Below are positions 9,298-19,141 of a stretch of DNA of 64,000 nt, in pieces; positions within the stretch are counted from its first letter, which is position 1, and each line of letters starts with the position of its first letter. This DNA comes from Capsulimonadaceae bacterium. Lineage in GTDB: Bacteria > Armatimonadota > Armatimonadia > Armatimonadales > Capsulimonadaceae. Both the position numbers and the translations under genes were made by a program. The notes beneath the pieces were generated by a model that did no database searches, had not been told where the DNA came from, and saw nothing but the letters and a program-made list of their open reading frames with translations. The DNA is taken from contig OZ244065.1 of NCBI GenBank assembly GCA_965215505.1, forward strand, positions 4,992,001 through 5,056,000, read 5' to 3'.

Positions 9298-10887
9298 ATG
9301 ACGTTACGATCTTCGTTCGCCTGGGCGCGGCCCGCCGCTGCGCTTGGCCTGCTCCTCTGCACCGGCCTCCCCCCCGCTTCGGCCCAGATCGTGGGGGGCC
9401 AGGCGGACGAAGAGGGCACCGCGCCGGTGCAGGTGGCGAAAGTCCCCGCGTCGGCCCGGCTCCAGCCCGTCATCCTGCCCGCTGACCCGAAGCCGGCCAT
9501 CCACGGCCCGCAGATCGTGGGTGCGACGCCTGGCCACCCGTTCCTGTTCCGCATCCCCGCGACGGGTGAGGAGCCGCTGACCTTCGCCTGCGCCGATTTG
9601 CCCCCCGGCCTCACTTTGGACCCGAAGACGGGCATCCTCTCCGGCACCGCCCCGGCGGCGGGCGATCACATCCTGCACCTCACGGCTTCCAACACACAGG
9701 GGAAGGCCACGCGCGCCCTCACCCTCAAAGGCGGCGACCACCCGCTCGCCCTGACCCCGCCGATGGGCTGGGACGCCGTCAACCTCTATGCCAACACCGT
9801 GGACGACGCCAAGACGCGGGCGGCGGCGGACGCCCTAGTCAAGTCCGGCCTGGCCGCGCACGGCTGGTCCACCATCCACATCAATGACACCTGGCAGGGT
9901 GTCCGGGACAAGAAGACCGGCGAGATCCTGCCTAACCGCCGCCGCTTCCCGGACATGAAGGCGCTGGCGGACTATGTCCACGGTCAGGGCCTCAAGTTCG
10001 GCCTGGAATCCTCCGCGACCGAACACACCTGCGCCGGGTTCCCCGGCAGCCTCGGCCACGCCTCCCAGGACGCCGCCACCTATGCCGGCTGGGGCGTGGA
10101 CTATTTGCAATACGACTGGTGCCCCGTGCCGACGCTCGACGAGAAGCCGCCGCCCGACGACCAGACCGCCGCCTTCAAGCAGATGCGGACCGCCCTGGAC
10201 AAGACGGGCCGGGACATCGTCTTCGGCGTGGACAACTTCGGCGCGGGCGATCCCGGCGACTGGGCACCAGGCGCGGGCGCGAACACCTGGGTCACCAGCC
10301 GCGAGGTGTTCGACGACTGGCCGATCATGCTGCGCGCCCTGTTCGCGCAGCCCTGGACCGCCGACCGGGCCGGGCCGGGCCACTGGGGCAATCCCGGCCT
10401 GCTGATGGCGGGCAAATTCGGCGTCGCCGCCGTGCATCCCACCCGCCTGACCTTCCCCCAGCAGATGGCGCAGATCTCGCAGTGTGCCCTGCTCGGAGCG
10501 CCCCTGTGGCTCTCCTGCGACCTGACCTCGCTCGACCCAAACGCCTTCCACCCGTCCGTCACGGCCATGCTGACCGACGACGAGGTGCTGGACGTGGACC
10601 AGGACCCCGCCGGGCACCCCGCCGCCCAGATCACCGGCAACCGGTTGGTGCAGATATGGTCCAAGCCGCTCGCCGACGGCACGTTCGCCGTCGGCCTGTT
10701 CAACCTCACCGACACGCCCCACCAGCTCTGGGTCAGCCTCCCGAAAGTAGGACTCACCGGCGCGCAGCCGGTCCGTGACCTGTGGCTGCATCAGGACTTG
10801 GGCGACTTCACCGGCACGTTCGCCACCGACCTCCCCGCCTACGGGGTGGCACTGATCAAGGTCGGCAAGCCGGCCGCGCCGAAATAG
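9298..10887 (+). CDS. Secreted GH27 (alpha-galactosidase-like) protein with putative Ig (He_PIG) domain; active site degenerate
   Basis: LPPGLTLDPKTGILSG Ig motif; LALTPPMGW, RFPDMKALADYVHGQGLKFG, WGVDYLQYDWC, VRDLW. Confidence 0.85.
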   Translation: MTLRSSFAWARPAAALGLLLCTGLPPASAQIVGGQADEEGTAPVQVAKVPASARLQPVILPADPKPAIHGPQIVGATPGHPFLFRIPATGEEPLTFACADLPPGLTLDPKTGILSGTAPAAGDHILHLTASNTQGKATRALTLKGGDHPLALTPPMGWDAVNLYANTVDDAKTRAAADALVKSGLAAHGWSTIHINDTWQGVRDKKTGEILPNRRRFPDMKALADYVHGQGLKFGLESSATEHTCAGFPGSLGHASQDAATYAGWGVDYLQYDWCPVPTLDEKPPPDDQTAAFKQMRTALDKTGRDIVFGVDNFGAGDPGDWAPGAGANTWVTSREVFDDWPIMLRALFAQPWTADRAGPGHWGNPGLLMAGKFGVAAVHPTRLTFPQQMAQISQCALLGAPLWLSCDLTSLDPNAFHPSVTAMLTDDEVLDVDQDPAGHPAAQITGNRLVQIWSKPLADGTFAVGLFNLTDTPHQLWVSLPKVGLTGAQPVRDLWLHQDLGDFTGTFATDLPAYGVALIKVGKPAAPK

Positions 10888-10892
10888 ACACT

Positions 10893-12395
10893 ATGGACCG
10901 TACACATTACCTCCCGCTGCTGGCACTCTCGCTCTGGGGCGTACAGGTCCCCGCTGTCGCCCAGCGTGTCCCGCCGACCCCATCACCCGCCGACCCTGCC
11001 GCGCCCGCCACGCCGACTAGGCCGGTCAAGCCGCCGGACCCCAAAGTCGCCGCCCTCATGGACGCCTTGCGCGCCAAGGATTTGGCCCAGGTCAAGCGCA
11101 TGCTGGCGGCGGGGGACAGCGCGAACAGCGCCCTTGACGACGGCACCTCCGCCCTGATGACGGCTTCGGGGACGGGCGACCCCGCCCTCGTCAGCCTGCT
11201 GCTGTCGCGCGGCGCGGACGTCAACGCCCGCGCCTATGACGGCGACAGTGCCCTTCTGGAAGCCGCCCACAAGGGCAGCGTCCCCGCCCTGACGCTGCTG
11301 CTGGCGCACGGTGCGGATGTGAAAGCGGCCGACAAGCTCGGCGTCACGCCGCTCATGGAGGCCGCCCATTCCGGCAACCCCGCCGCCGCCGCGCTGCTGC
11401 TGGCGCGCGGCGCGGACGCAAACACGCTGGACACCAAAGACGGCTACTCGGCCCTGATGATCGCCGCCTACTCCGGCTATTCCCGGACGGTGCAGGTCCT
11501 GCTCGACCACGGCGCGGACCCGAAAGCCTCGGACCTGAACGCGCGGACGCCGCTGATGAACGCCGCCTACTCCGGCGACGTGCCCAGCCTCACGCTGCTT
11601 CTGGCGAAGGGGGCAGACCTGAACGGCCGCGACCGGGACGGCTTCACGCCGATCGCGCTGGCCGCCGGCGCGGCCCGGCTCGCCGCCACCCAGGCATTGC
11701 TGGCAAAAGGGGCGGACGTGAACGCCCGCACCGTCACCGGCTTCACGCCGCTGATGCAGGCCGCCGCAGCGGGCAGCATCCCCGTCATGCAGCTCCTGCT
11801 CGACAAGGGCGCAGATAAGGACGCCGTGACGACCGGCGGGGCGACGGCGGCCATCGTGGCGGCCTATGGCGGGCGCGGGTCGGCCGTCAAGCTGCTGCTA
11901 GACCAGGGGGCCGACGTCAACGCCTCAGACAGCGCCGGCCACACCGCCCTCATGGGCGCGGCCTTCGCCGGCGATGCCCCGCTCGCCAAGCTGCTGCTGG
12001 GCCGGGGGGCCGAGGTCGCCACCAGGACCGAAACCGGCTTCACCCCGCTGATGCAGGCCGCCTACGTCGGCAGCGCCGCCATCGCCGGCATGCTGCTGGA
12101 CAAAGGGGCGGACCTGGAAGCCAAGAACAACCTGGGCTACACCGCCTTGATGCAGGCCGCCGCCTCCGGCAGCCTGCCCACCGCCCGCCTCCTGCTGGAG
12201 CGCGGCGCGGACGTCGGCGTTGAAGACAACAAAGGGAATAATGCCCTCTGGTGGGCCTTGCGCCACCGCCACGACGACGTCGCCGCCCTGCTCCGCAAGG
12301 CCGGGTCGCCCGAGCCGGCCACCCTGCCGGATGCACCGCCCCCCGCCCCCGCGCCGCCGGTCAGTCCCTTCAATCCCTATTCGCGCTCTGTGTGA
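10893..12395 (+). CDS. Secreted ankyrin-repeat protein
   Basis: Signal peptide plus about 13 GxTPLMxAA...LLxxGADVN repeats. Confidence 0.92.
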   Translation: MDRTHYLPLLALSLWGVQVPAVAQRVPPTPSPADPAAPATPTRPVKPPDPKVAALMDALRAKDLAQVKRMLAAGDSANSALDDGTSALMTASGTGDPALVSLLLSRGADVNARAYDGDSALLEAAHKGSVPALTLLLAHGADVKAADKLGVTPLMEAAHSGNPAAAALLLARGADANTLDTKDGYSALMIAAYSGYSRTVQVLLDHGADPKASDLNARTPLMNAAYSGDVPSLTLLLAKGADLNGRDRDGFTPIALAAGAARLAATQALLAKGADVNARTVTGFTPLMQAAAAGSIPVMQLLLDKGADKDAVTTGGATAAIVAAYGGRGSAVKLLLDQGADVNASDSAGHTALMGAAFAGDAPLAKLLLGRGAEVATRTETGFTPLMQAAYVGSAAIAGMLLDKGADLEAKNNLGYTALMQAAASGSLPTARLLLERGADVGVEDNKGNNALWWALRHRHDDVAALLRKAGSPEPATLPDAPPPAPAPPVSPFNPYSRSV

Positions 12396-12483
12396 CGCTT
12401 CCCGCCGAAGAAACAAAAAAGACTCGCCGCGCCCGGAACTTTTGGAGCGCGCGTTTCGCTGTGACCTGTGGAGGATACAAACC

Positions 12484-12780
12484 ATGATCATTCGCACCCG
12501 CAAGGCTATGCTCGCCCTGCTCCCGGCCACCCTGGCCCTGTTCGCGCCCGTCGCCCCGTCGTTCGCCCAGATGGCGCACAAGCCCAACTTCATCCAGCGG
12601 CACCCGACCATGACCGGCATCGCCGCAGGCGTCGCCACCCACCACGCCCTCAAGGTCGCCGCGCGCAACCGCAAGATGCATGGCCAGAAGCTGGACTTCG
12701 CCCAGCGGCACCCCACCATGTCGGCCATCGGGGCCGGTGCGCTCACCCGCCACGAGATCAAGGCGCATACGGCCCACTAG
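12484..12780 (+). CDS. Small secreted His-rich protein with two internal repeats
   Basis: GGAGG RBS; signal peptide; FIQRHPTMTGIAAG / FAQRHPTMSAIGAG; followed by a terminator. Confidence 0.7.
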   Translation: MIIRTRKAMLALLPATLALFAPVAPSFAQMAHKPNFIQRHPTMTGIAAGVATHHALKVAARNRKMHGQKLDFAQRHPTMSAIGAGALTRHEIKAHTAH

Positions 12781-12804
12781 GCCGCCGCCTTTCAAGCCGA
12801 AGCC

Positions 12805-12838
12805 GCCCGCCGCTCTCTGACAGCGGCGGGCTTTTTTT
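12805..12838 (+). terminator. Intrinsic terminator
   Basis: gcccgccgct-loop-agcggcgggc followed by T7. Confidence 0.85.
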
Positions 12839-12957
12839 GTCACTCTCCCGCCGCCCCCTGCCTTCGCAGGCCGCTTTTTTCGGGCCGCTTATGGTATAGT
12901 AAGCGTAACTGCTTGCGGCCTGCGAAGTGACCGGGCGCGCGGAAAGACACCTCCACC

Positions 12958-13890
12958 ATGCCGATTGTCGTCGGAGTGGCCTTCAAGCCGCTCGGGAAGA
13001 TCACCCTCTGCGATCCGGGGCCGCTGGAACTGGCCCTCGATGATGCCGTGATCGTCGGCGGCGAGGCCGGGCCGGGCGCGGCAGGACTGGAATTCGGATT
13101 CGTGAAGACCCCCGCCCGCGCCGTCCCTGACGAAGACGCCCCGCCCCCCCTGCGCCCCGTCTTGCGCGCCGCGCAGCCCGAAGACTGGGCGCGGCGCGAG
13201 CGCGGCGAGCGGCGGCAGGCCGAGGCCTACAAGGTCTGTCTGGAGAAGATCGGCCGGCTCGGCCTCCCCATGAAGCTGGTGGAAGCCGAGTGGGCCTTCG
13301 ACGGGGCGCAGGCCACCTTCCACTTCACCGCCGAGGGCCGCGTAGACTTCCGCGCCCTCGTCCGCGAGGTGGCCGCCGCCCTGCACGTCCGCGTCCAGAT
13401 GCACCAGGTCGGCGCGCGCGACCACGCCCGCGTCTTCCCCGGCGTCGGCCCCTGCGGGCGGCCCACCTGCTGCTCGACCTTCCTGCGGGAGTTCCAGCCC
13501 GTCTCGATGAAGATGGTCAAGAGCCAGAACCTGGCCCTGAACCCCTCCAAGTTCTCCGGCCTGTGCGGCAAGCTGATGTGCTGCCTGCGCTACGAGCAGG
13601 ACGGCGACGAGCCGGGGCGGCCCGCCATGCCCCAGCCCGGCATGGTCGTCATGACTCCCATGGGCCGGGCCAAGGTGGAGGAAGTCAACGCCGTCCAGCA
13701 GATGGTGACCGTCCAACTCGAGTCTCAGCGGTTTGTGGAGGTGCGGGCGAAGGACGTCGGCGAGGTCCCCGGCTGCGTGGACCACGCCGAGGGCGGCTGC
13801 ACCGACTGTGCCGCAAGCGGCGCGCTCTCCGCCTGTGAGGTGCCGACCCGCGACAAGCCGGTCGGCGGCACGTCCCTCCCGGTGTTTTGA
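12958..13890 (+). CDS. ricT: PSP1-domain protein, RicT/YaaT family
   Basis: MKLVEAE, FTAEGRVDFRALVRE, GPCGRPTCC, LNPSKFSGLCGKLMCCLRYE. Confidence 0.88.
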   Translation: MPIVVGVAFKPLGKITLCDPGPLELALDDAVIVGGEAGPGAAGLEFGFVKTPARAVPDEDAPPPLRPVLRAAQPEDWARRERGERRQAEAYKVCLEKIGRLGLPMKLVEAEWAFDGAQATFHFTAEGRVDFRALVREVAAALHVRVQMHQVGARDHARVFPGVGPCGRPTCCSTFLREFQPVSMKMVKSQNLALNPSKFSGLCGKLMCCLRYEQDGDEPGRPAMPQPGMVVMTPMGRAKVEEVNAVQQMVTVQLESQRFVEVRAKDVGEVPGCVDHAEGGCTDCAASGALSACEVPTRDKPVGGTSLPVF

Positions 13891-13976
13891 CCTGATTATC
13901 CGCGCCCGCGCATCAACCCCGGCCCGTTTGGGTACGCTGTCTTTACCTTGACCCGTAACGCAAAGGACACTGCGGA

Positions 13977-14816
13977 ATGACCCCCATGCCTCCTCTCAGC
14001 GCCGGATCGCCCTCCACCGAGCGGCGGCGGCTCCTGGCCCGCGCCCGCCGCCTCGCCCAGCGCGCCGAGACGCTGGCGGAGAAGGGGCGCTTCGCCGAGG
14101 CTATCGTCTGCCAGAGCGAGGTCACCAGCCTCCGCCCCGAGGATGCCGTCGCCTTCTTCCGGCTGGGCCTCCTCTGCCGCGAGGCCCGGCGCACCGACCA
14201 GGCCGTCCAGGCCCTGCGCCGGGCGACCGACCTCAGCCCCGCCGACCGCGACCCGCGCGAGGCGCTGGCCGAAACCCTGGTCGAAGCCGGCCGCTACGAG
14301 GAGGCCGTGTCGGAGGCGCGCGCCCTCATCAAAGTCGCACCCCGCAGCCTGTTCGCCCGCGATGTCCTCAGCGTCTCCTACCTCCAGCTCGGGCAGTTCG
14401 ACCGGGCCTTGCAGGTGACCGGCGAGATGCTCTGGCTGGACCCCATGAACCCGAACCACCACTTCCGGCGCGGCCTCCTGTTCCAGCAGCAGGGCAGCCT
14501 GCGGGCCGCCGTCGGTGCCTATTCCCGTGTGCTGGACATGGCCCACCCCGAGAGCGACACCTACGAGGATGCCGGAGAAGCGATCCAGGAACTGGACGAC
14601 ACCCAGACCCGTCACATTCTCCTGCTGGCCTCCGAGGACCGCCTGTTCCTCCTCAAACTGCGCCGCGACCTCGCCGAAGCCGTCCACGAGCGCGGCTTCT
14701 TCCTCAGCGAAGACGGCATGGCCCGCCTGGGCCACCTCCTGCCGCACGAGTTCCCCGACTGGATCGGCGACCGGCCCACGCCCACTTCCTGGGGCAGCAT
14801 GGGCCTCTACAACTAG
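13977..14816 (+). CDS. Tetratricopeptide-repeat protein
   Basis: Several TPR-like helical pairs (AFFRLGLLC...AVQALRRA...P). Confidence 0.8.
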   Translation: MTPMPPLSAGSPSTERRRLLARARRLAQRAETLAEKGRFAEAIVCQSEVTSLRPEDAVAFFRLGLLCREARRTDQAVQALRRATDLSPADRDPREALAETLVEAGRYEEAVSEARALIKVAPRSLFARDVLSVSYLQLGQFDRALQVTGEMLWLDPMNPNHHFRRGLLFQQQGSLRAAVGAYSRVLDMAHPESDTYEDAGEAIQELDDTQTRHILLLASEDRLFLLKLRRDLAEAVHERGFFLSEDGMARLGHLLPHEFPDWIGDRPTPTSWGSMGLYN

Positions 14817-14820
14817 CTTT

Positions 14821-15675
14821 ATGAACACCGACTGGTTGGCGCTACGCGGCGGGCGGACCCTCGTGATGGGCGTCCTGAACGTCACCCCCGACTCCTTCTC
14901 CGATGGCGGGCTGTACCAGGGCGTCGAGGCCGCCGTCGCCCACGCCCACTCCCTCGTTCGGGACGGCGCGCACCTGCTGGACATCGGCGGCGAGAGTACC
15001 CGCCCCGCCACCTTCGGCGACAAGTCCCCCCTGCCGCCCGCCGAAGAGATGCGCCGCATCCTCCCCGTCATCGCCCGCCTCGCCGCCGAGATGCCCTCCG
15101 TCCCCCTGTCCGTGGACACCTACAAGGCCGAAGTCGCCCAGGCCGCGCTCGACGCCGGGGCCTCCCTCGTCAACGACATCAGCGGACTGACCTATGACCC
15201 CGCCATGGCCGCCCTTGTCGCCGCCCGCAACGTCCCGCTCCTCCTGATGCACTTGCCCGGACGCCCCCGCGACCTGCCCCTGAACCCTGTCTACCAAGAC
15301 GTCGTAGCCGACGTGCTGGCCTTCTTCAAGCGTCAGGTCGCCTACGCCGAAGGGCAGGGCGTCCGCCGCGACCAGCTCTGGCTCGACCCCGGCCTCGGCT
15401 TCGGCAAGACCGCCGCCCACAACCTCGAACTCCTGCGCCGCCTGCCCGAGCTGACAGTCCTCGGCTTGCCCCTCGTCGTCGGGGCCTCCCGCAAAAAGTT
15501 CCTCGGCCGCATCCTCGGCACCGATGACCCCGACGACCGCAAGGAAGGCACGGCCGCCACCGTCGCCCTCAGCATCGCTTATGGGGCCGCCATGGTCCGC
15601 GTCCACGACGTCCGCGAGATGGCCCGCGTCGCCAAAGTCAGCGACGCCATCGTGCGCGGCTGGGACGAGGGCTGA
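14821..15675 (+). CDS. folP: Dihydropteroate synthase
   Basis: MGVLNVTPDSFSDGG, DIGGESTRP, SVDTYK, DPGLGFGK, GASRKKF, VRVHDV. Confidence 0.96.
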   Translation: MNTDWLALRGGRTLVMGVLNVTPDSFSDGGLYQGVEAAVAHAHSLVRDGAHLLDIGGESTRPATFGDKSPLPPAEEMRRILPVIARLAAEMPSVPLSVDTYKAEVAQAALDAGASLVNDISGLTYDPAMAALVAARNVPLLLMHLPGRPRDLPLNPVYQDVVADVLAFFKRQVAYAEGQGVRRDQLWLDPGLGFGKTAAHNLELLRRLPELTVLGLPLVVGASRKKFLGRILGTDDPDDRKEGTAATVALSIAYGAAMVRVHDVREMARVAKVSDAIVRGWDEG

Positions 15676-17248
15676 ATGGCCCTCCCGCTCAACATTGACG
15701 ACGTTCTGCTCGGCCGCTCCGTCGAATGGGAGCGCCTGGAGTTCAAGCAGAACTGGAACCCGGAGGACGTGCTGCACACGCTCTGTGCGTTCGCCAACGA
15801 CTTCCATAACCTCGGCGGGGGCTATCTCTTTATTGGCATCGCTGATCAGGACGGGCCGCCCGTCCTGCCGCCGTCCGGCCTCAACCCCGCCGCCCTGGAC
15901 CGGCTGCAAAAGGATGTGCTGGAGATCGGCCACCGCCTCGTGCCCGCATACCACCCTCTGATGGACCCCTGCGTCATCCAGGGCCGGCACGTCCTGATAC
16001 TCCGCGCCCCCGGCGGTCAGAGCCGCCCCTATAAGGCGCCCGTCTCGCTCTCCAAAGACGGCAAGGTCTACGGCTACTACATCCGCAAGGGGTCGAGTAC
16101 GGTCCGGGCCAATGCCGATGAAGAGGTCGAGCTGTTTTCCCTGGCGGCGCAAATCCCCTACGACGACCGCATGAACCAGCGCGCCTCCGTTCTGGACTTG
16201 AGCCTGCCGTTGATTAAGGCATTCCTGCGTGACACCGGCGGTGCCCTCGCGGACCAGGCCGACACGATGCCGTTCGGCGACCTCTGCCGCCGGATGGCGA
16301 TCACGGACGGCCCGACTGAATACACGCTGCCGCGAAACGTCGGGCTGATGTTCTTCAACGAGTCGCCCGAACGCTTCTTCCCGCAGGCCCAGATCGACGT
16401 CGTCCTCTTCCCCGACGGGCCGGCGGGCGGCAGAATCATCGAGCGAGTCTTCAAAGGACTTTTGAGCCAGATGCTCCGGGATGCGCTGCTCTTCATCAGC
16501 AACTCCGTCCTGGAAGAAACCGTTGTCAAGCGCCCCGACCGGGCGGAAGCGGACCGGTTCTTTAACTATCCCTATGCGGCAATCGAGGAGATCCTGGTCA
16601 ACGCCGCCTACCACCGCAGCTACGAAATCCGCGAACCCGTCGAAGTGCGCGTCCTCCCCGAGTGCATCACCATCACCAGCCACCCTGGGCCGGACCGGTC
16701 CATCTCGCTCACAGACCTGGAGAACGGTCGGCTCGTCGCGCGCCGCTACCGGAACCGGCGTATCGGCGAGTTCCTGAAAGAACTACGCCTGACGGAAGGC
16801 CGGGGGACCGGCATCCTGACCGTCATCCGCGCGATGCGCGGAAACGGCTCGCCCGCCCCCGCGTTCAATACCGACGCCGACCGGACCTACTTCACGGCGA
16901 CTTTGCCGGTACACGCCCTGACGACCCCCCAAGTACCCCCCAGTAACCCCCCAAGTAGCGCAGAAAGCAGGGCGGGGAAAGATGCGCGTCATGCTGGACT
17001 ACTGCGTCAGCCCGCGTGACCGCGCCAGCATCCAGGTCAGGCTGAACCTAAGAAACCAGAAGGACGCGCGCCAGCGTTATCTCATGCCCGCCATGGCCGC
17101 CGGCTGGCTGACGATGACCGACCCCGCGCACCCCAACTCTCCCGCACAGAAGTACCGCACAACACCACTTGGGTTGGCACTCCTGAATGTGGAAGAAGGC
17201 CAGGAGGAGGCAGACGCCCTTGCCTCCCCGCCGCCCCGCGTGTTATAA
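15676..17248 (+). pseudogene. AlbA_2/Schlafen + RecG-C-like ATP-binding protein with C-terminal wHTH, frameshifted near 16940
   Basis: VEWERLEFK, LCAFAND..GGYLFIG, EILVNAAYHRSY, TEGRGTGI; the PNSPAQKYR wHTH tail is in another frame (16982-17248). Confidence 0.8.
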
Positions 17249-17255
17249 TTCTCCC

Positions 17256-17410
17256 ATAATCAATTCCCTGTCACCGTTGGCTCTAATGTCTCCTCCATGT
17301 CCGCCGCCTCGGTCGCGGCGGCGGCCGGCCAGGCCGGACTGGATTTGTAGGCGACCAAAGAACCCACCCGGCGAACAAGTTCGCCCCCTCCTGCACCGGC
17401 AGACGGGAAG
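17256..17410 (+). ncRNA. Candidate structured ncRNA (6S-like rod?)
   Basis: TTGCCT-18-TATAAT with TG extension (17220-17249) ahead of a non-coding stretch whose ends and middle pair imperfectly. Confidence 0.3.
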
Positions 17411-17823
17411 AGGCAAAGACCGAAGTTCTTCCCCCTCTCCCGCTTGCGGGGGAGGGGGTGGCGAGGAACGAGCCGGGGGTGGGGGCCTCTTTCCCTTCCC
17501 ATATGCTATAATTTCGGCATGGCTGCCCCAAACGCTTTGACCACTGAAACCACACAAGCCTCCGCGCCGCCGCAGGACGCGCCCGCCCCGCCCGCCTACT
17601 TCCTGTCACTGACGGTGGAAAACTTCCGCTGCTTCGGCCCGGCCCAGACGCTTGACCTCTCCCGTGGCGACAACCGGCCCGCCCCGTGGACGATCATTGT
17701 GGGAGAGAATGGCGTCGGTAAGACCACACTGCTCCAGTGTGTTGCCGCATTCCAGCCGGATACAAAGTATGGACTTCCCTTATCTACAGATATTTTCTCC
17801 TTGATGGGGGCTAGCGGTTCCCT

Positions 17824-19141
17824 GATAGTGTCAAGTTGTTTCTGTAAAAGCTGGGAGCATCCTTGCGCGGCTGTTATTCTGTGGTCGCCCGTTCTATGAA
17901 GGTCAGGTAGGCTTTGCCTGCCTGCCAGTCGTCGCTGATCTCCATCAGCACCGCGCTCGCGAGGCGCAGGCAGGACGCCTCGTTCGGGAAGATGCTCGCC
18001 ACCTGTGTGCGCCGCTTCACCTCGCGGTTGACCCGCTCCACGCCGTTGGTGGTCCGCAGCAGACGGCGGTGCGTCTCGGGGAAGGCGAACACGGCCAAGC
18101 CTTCGGGCAGGGTTTCCTCCATCCAGGCCGAAAGCTTGGGCGCAGTCGCCTCGTACTTCTGCACCGTCCGCTTCAGCAGTGCGTCGGCCTCGGCCCTGTC
18201 CTGAGCGCCAAAGATGGCGCGGATGTCTGCCGCCACGGGCACCTTCATGTCCTGTCTGGGGACGTGGGCTGAGGCGTTCTGCTGCAAGTGGAACTGGCAG
18301 CGCTGCCACGGCACGCCGCCCAGCACCGCCAGCCGTGCGGCTTTCAGCCCCTCGTGGGCGTCACTGATGACGAGGCGCACCCCGCACAGGCCACGCTGGA
18401 TCAGGCTTTGCAGGAACGCGCGCCAGTGGACCTCGTGTTCGGACAGAGCAACCGAGACGCCCAGCACGGAGCGTTTGCCCGTTTCATCCACGCCGATGGC
18501 GATCAGCACGGCGGCTTTCTGGACAAGCCCCGACTGGCGCACCCGTTCGTAACGGGCGTCCAGGTAGACGTAGGGCTGCGGCGCAAGCGGGCGACTGCGC
18601 CACGCCGCAAGAGTCGCGTCGAGTTCCTTCGCCGCCTGGCTGACCTGGCCCGAGGAGACCTCGAAGCCGCAGAGCCGTTCGGTGATGGCGGCCACCTTGC
18701 GGGTGGAGACGCCCTGCACATACATCTCGGCCAGAGCCAACTTCAGGGCGCGCTCGGAGCGCGTGCCTTTCTCCAGGCTCTGTGGGTAGAACCCGCCCTC
18801 CCGCACCTGGGGCACGGCGACGGTGATCTGGCCCAGGCGGGTAACAAGCGTCTTGTCCTTGTAGCCGTTGGCGTGGCCTGTGCGCGCCTCCGTGCGCTCA
18901 TTGGGGGCCGCGCCCAGATGCTTCTGGCGCTCAATTTGCATGGCGGCGTTGAGCAGGACGCGGAAGAGATCGGGCAGAGCGTCCAGCCCTTGCGTCGTGA
19001 GCTGCTCCAAAAGGGGCGCGGACAGAGTAGAATCGTCCTGGTAGGTCATGGGTGGTGTTCCTTGCTGTGTGGCAACTCCACGGATACTCCCTGACCTACT
19101 ACTTCAGGCCATCGCTTTTACAGAAAACATTTTACAATAAC
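17824..19141 (-). mobile_element. IS256-family insertion sequence, 1318 bp, 8-bp TSD GGTTCCCT
   Basis: Imperfect terminal IRs gatagtgtcaagttgtttctgtaaaagc / gcttttacagaaaacattttacaataac; TSD at 17816-17823 and 19142-19149. Confidence 0.95.
17874..19049 (-). CDS. IS256-family (Mutator) transposase
   Basis: EMYVQGVSTRKV, YLDARY, ISDAHEGL, WQRCQFH, RTTNGVERVNREVKRRT. Confidence 0.96.
   Translation of the reverse strand: MTYQDDSTLSAPLLEQLTTQGLDALPDLFRVLLNAAMQIERQKHLGAAPNERTEARTGHANGYKDKTLVTRLGQITVAVPQVREGGFYPQSLEKGTRSERALKLALAEMYVQGVSTRKVAAITERLCGFEVSSGQVSQAAKELDATLAAWRSRPLAPQPYVYLDARYERVRQSGLVQKAAVLIAIGVDETGKRSVLGVSVALSEHEVHWRAFLQSLIQRGLCGVRLVISDAHEGLKAARLAVLGGVPWQRCQFHLQQNASAHVPRQDMKVPVAADIRAIFGAQDRAEADALLKRTVQKYEATAPKLSAWMEETLPEGLAVFAFPETHRRLLRTTNGVERVNREVKRRTQVASIFPNEASCLRLASAVLMEISDDWQAGKAYLTFIERATTE

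Noticed and set aside
17425-17490. G/C-rich ccccctctccc...gggggaggggg stretch as a gene or terminator
   Set aside because: Looks like a generic intergenic palindromic repeat; only one clear copy here, so it was not called
19052-19141. Start of the 380-aa ORF as a real gene start
   Set aside because: These codons lie inside the IS256 end; the ORF is the 3' half of the interrupted ATPase
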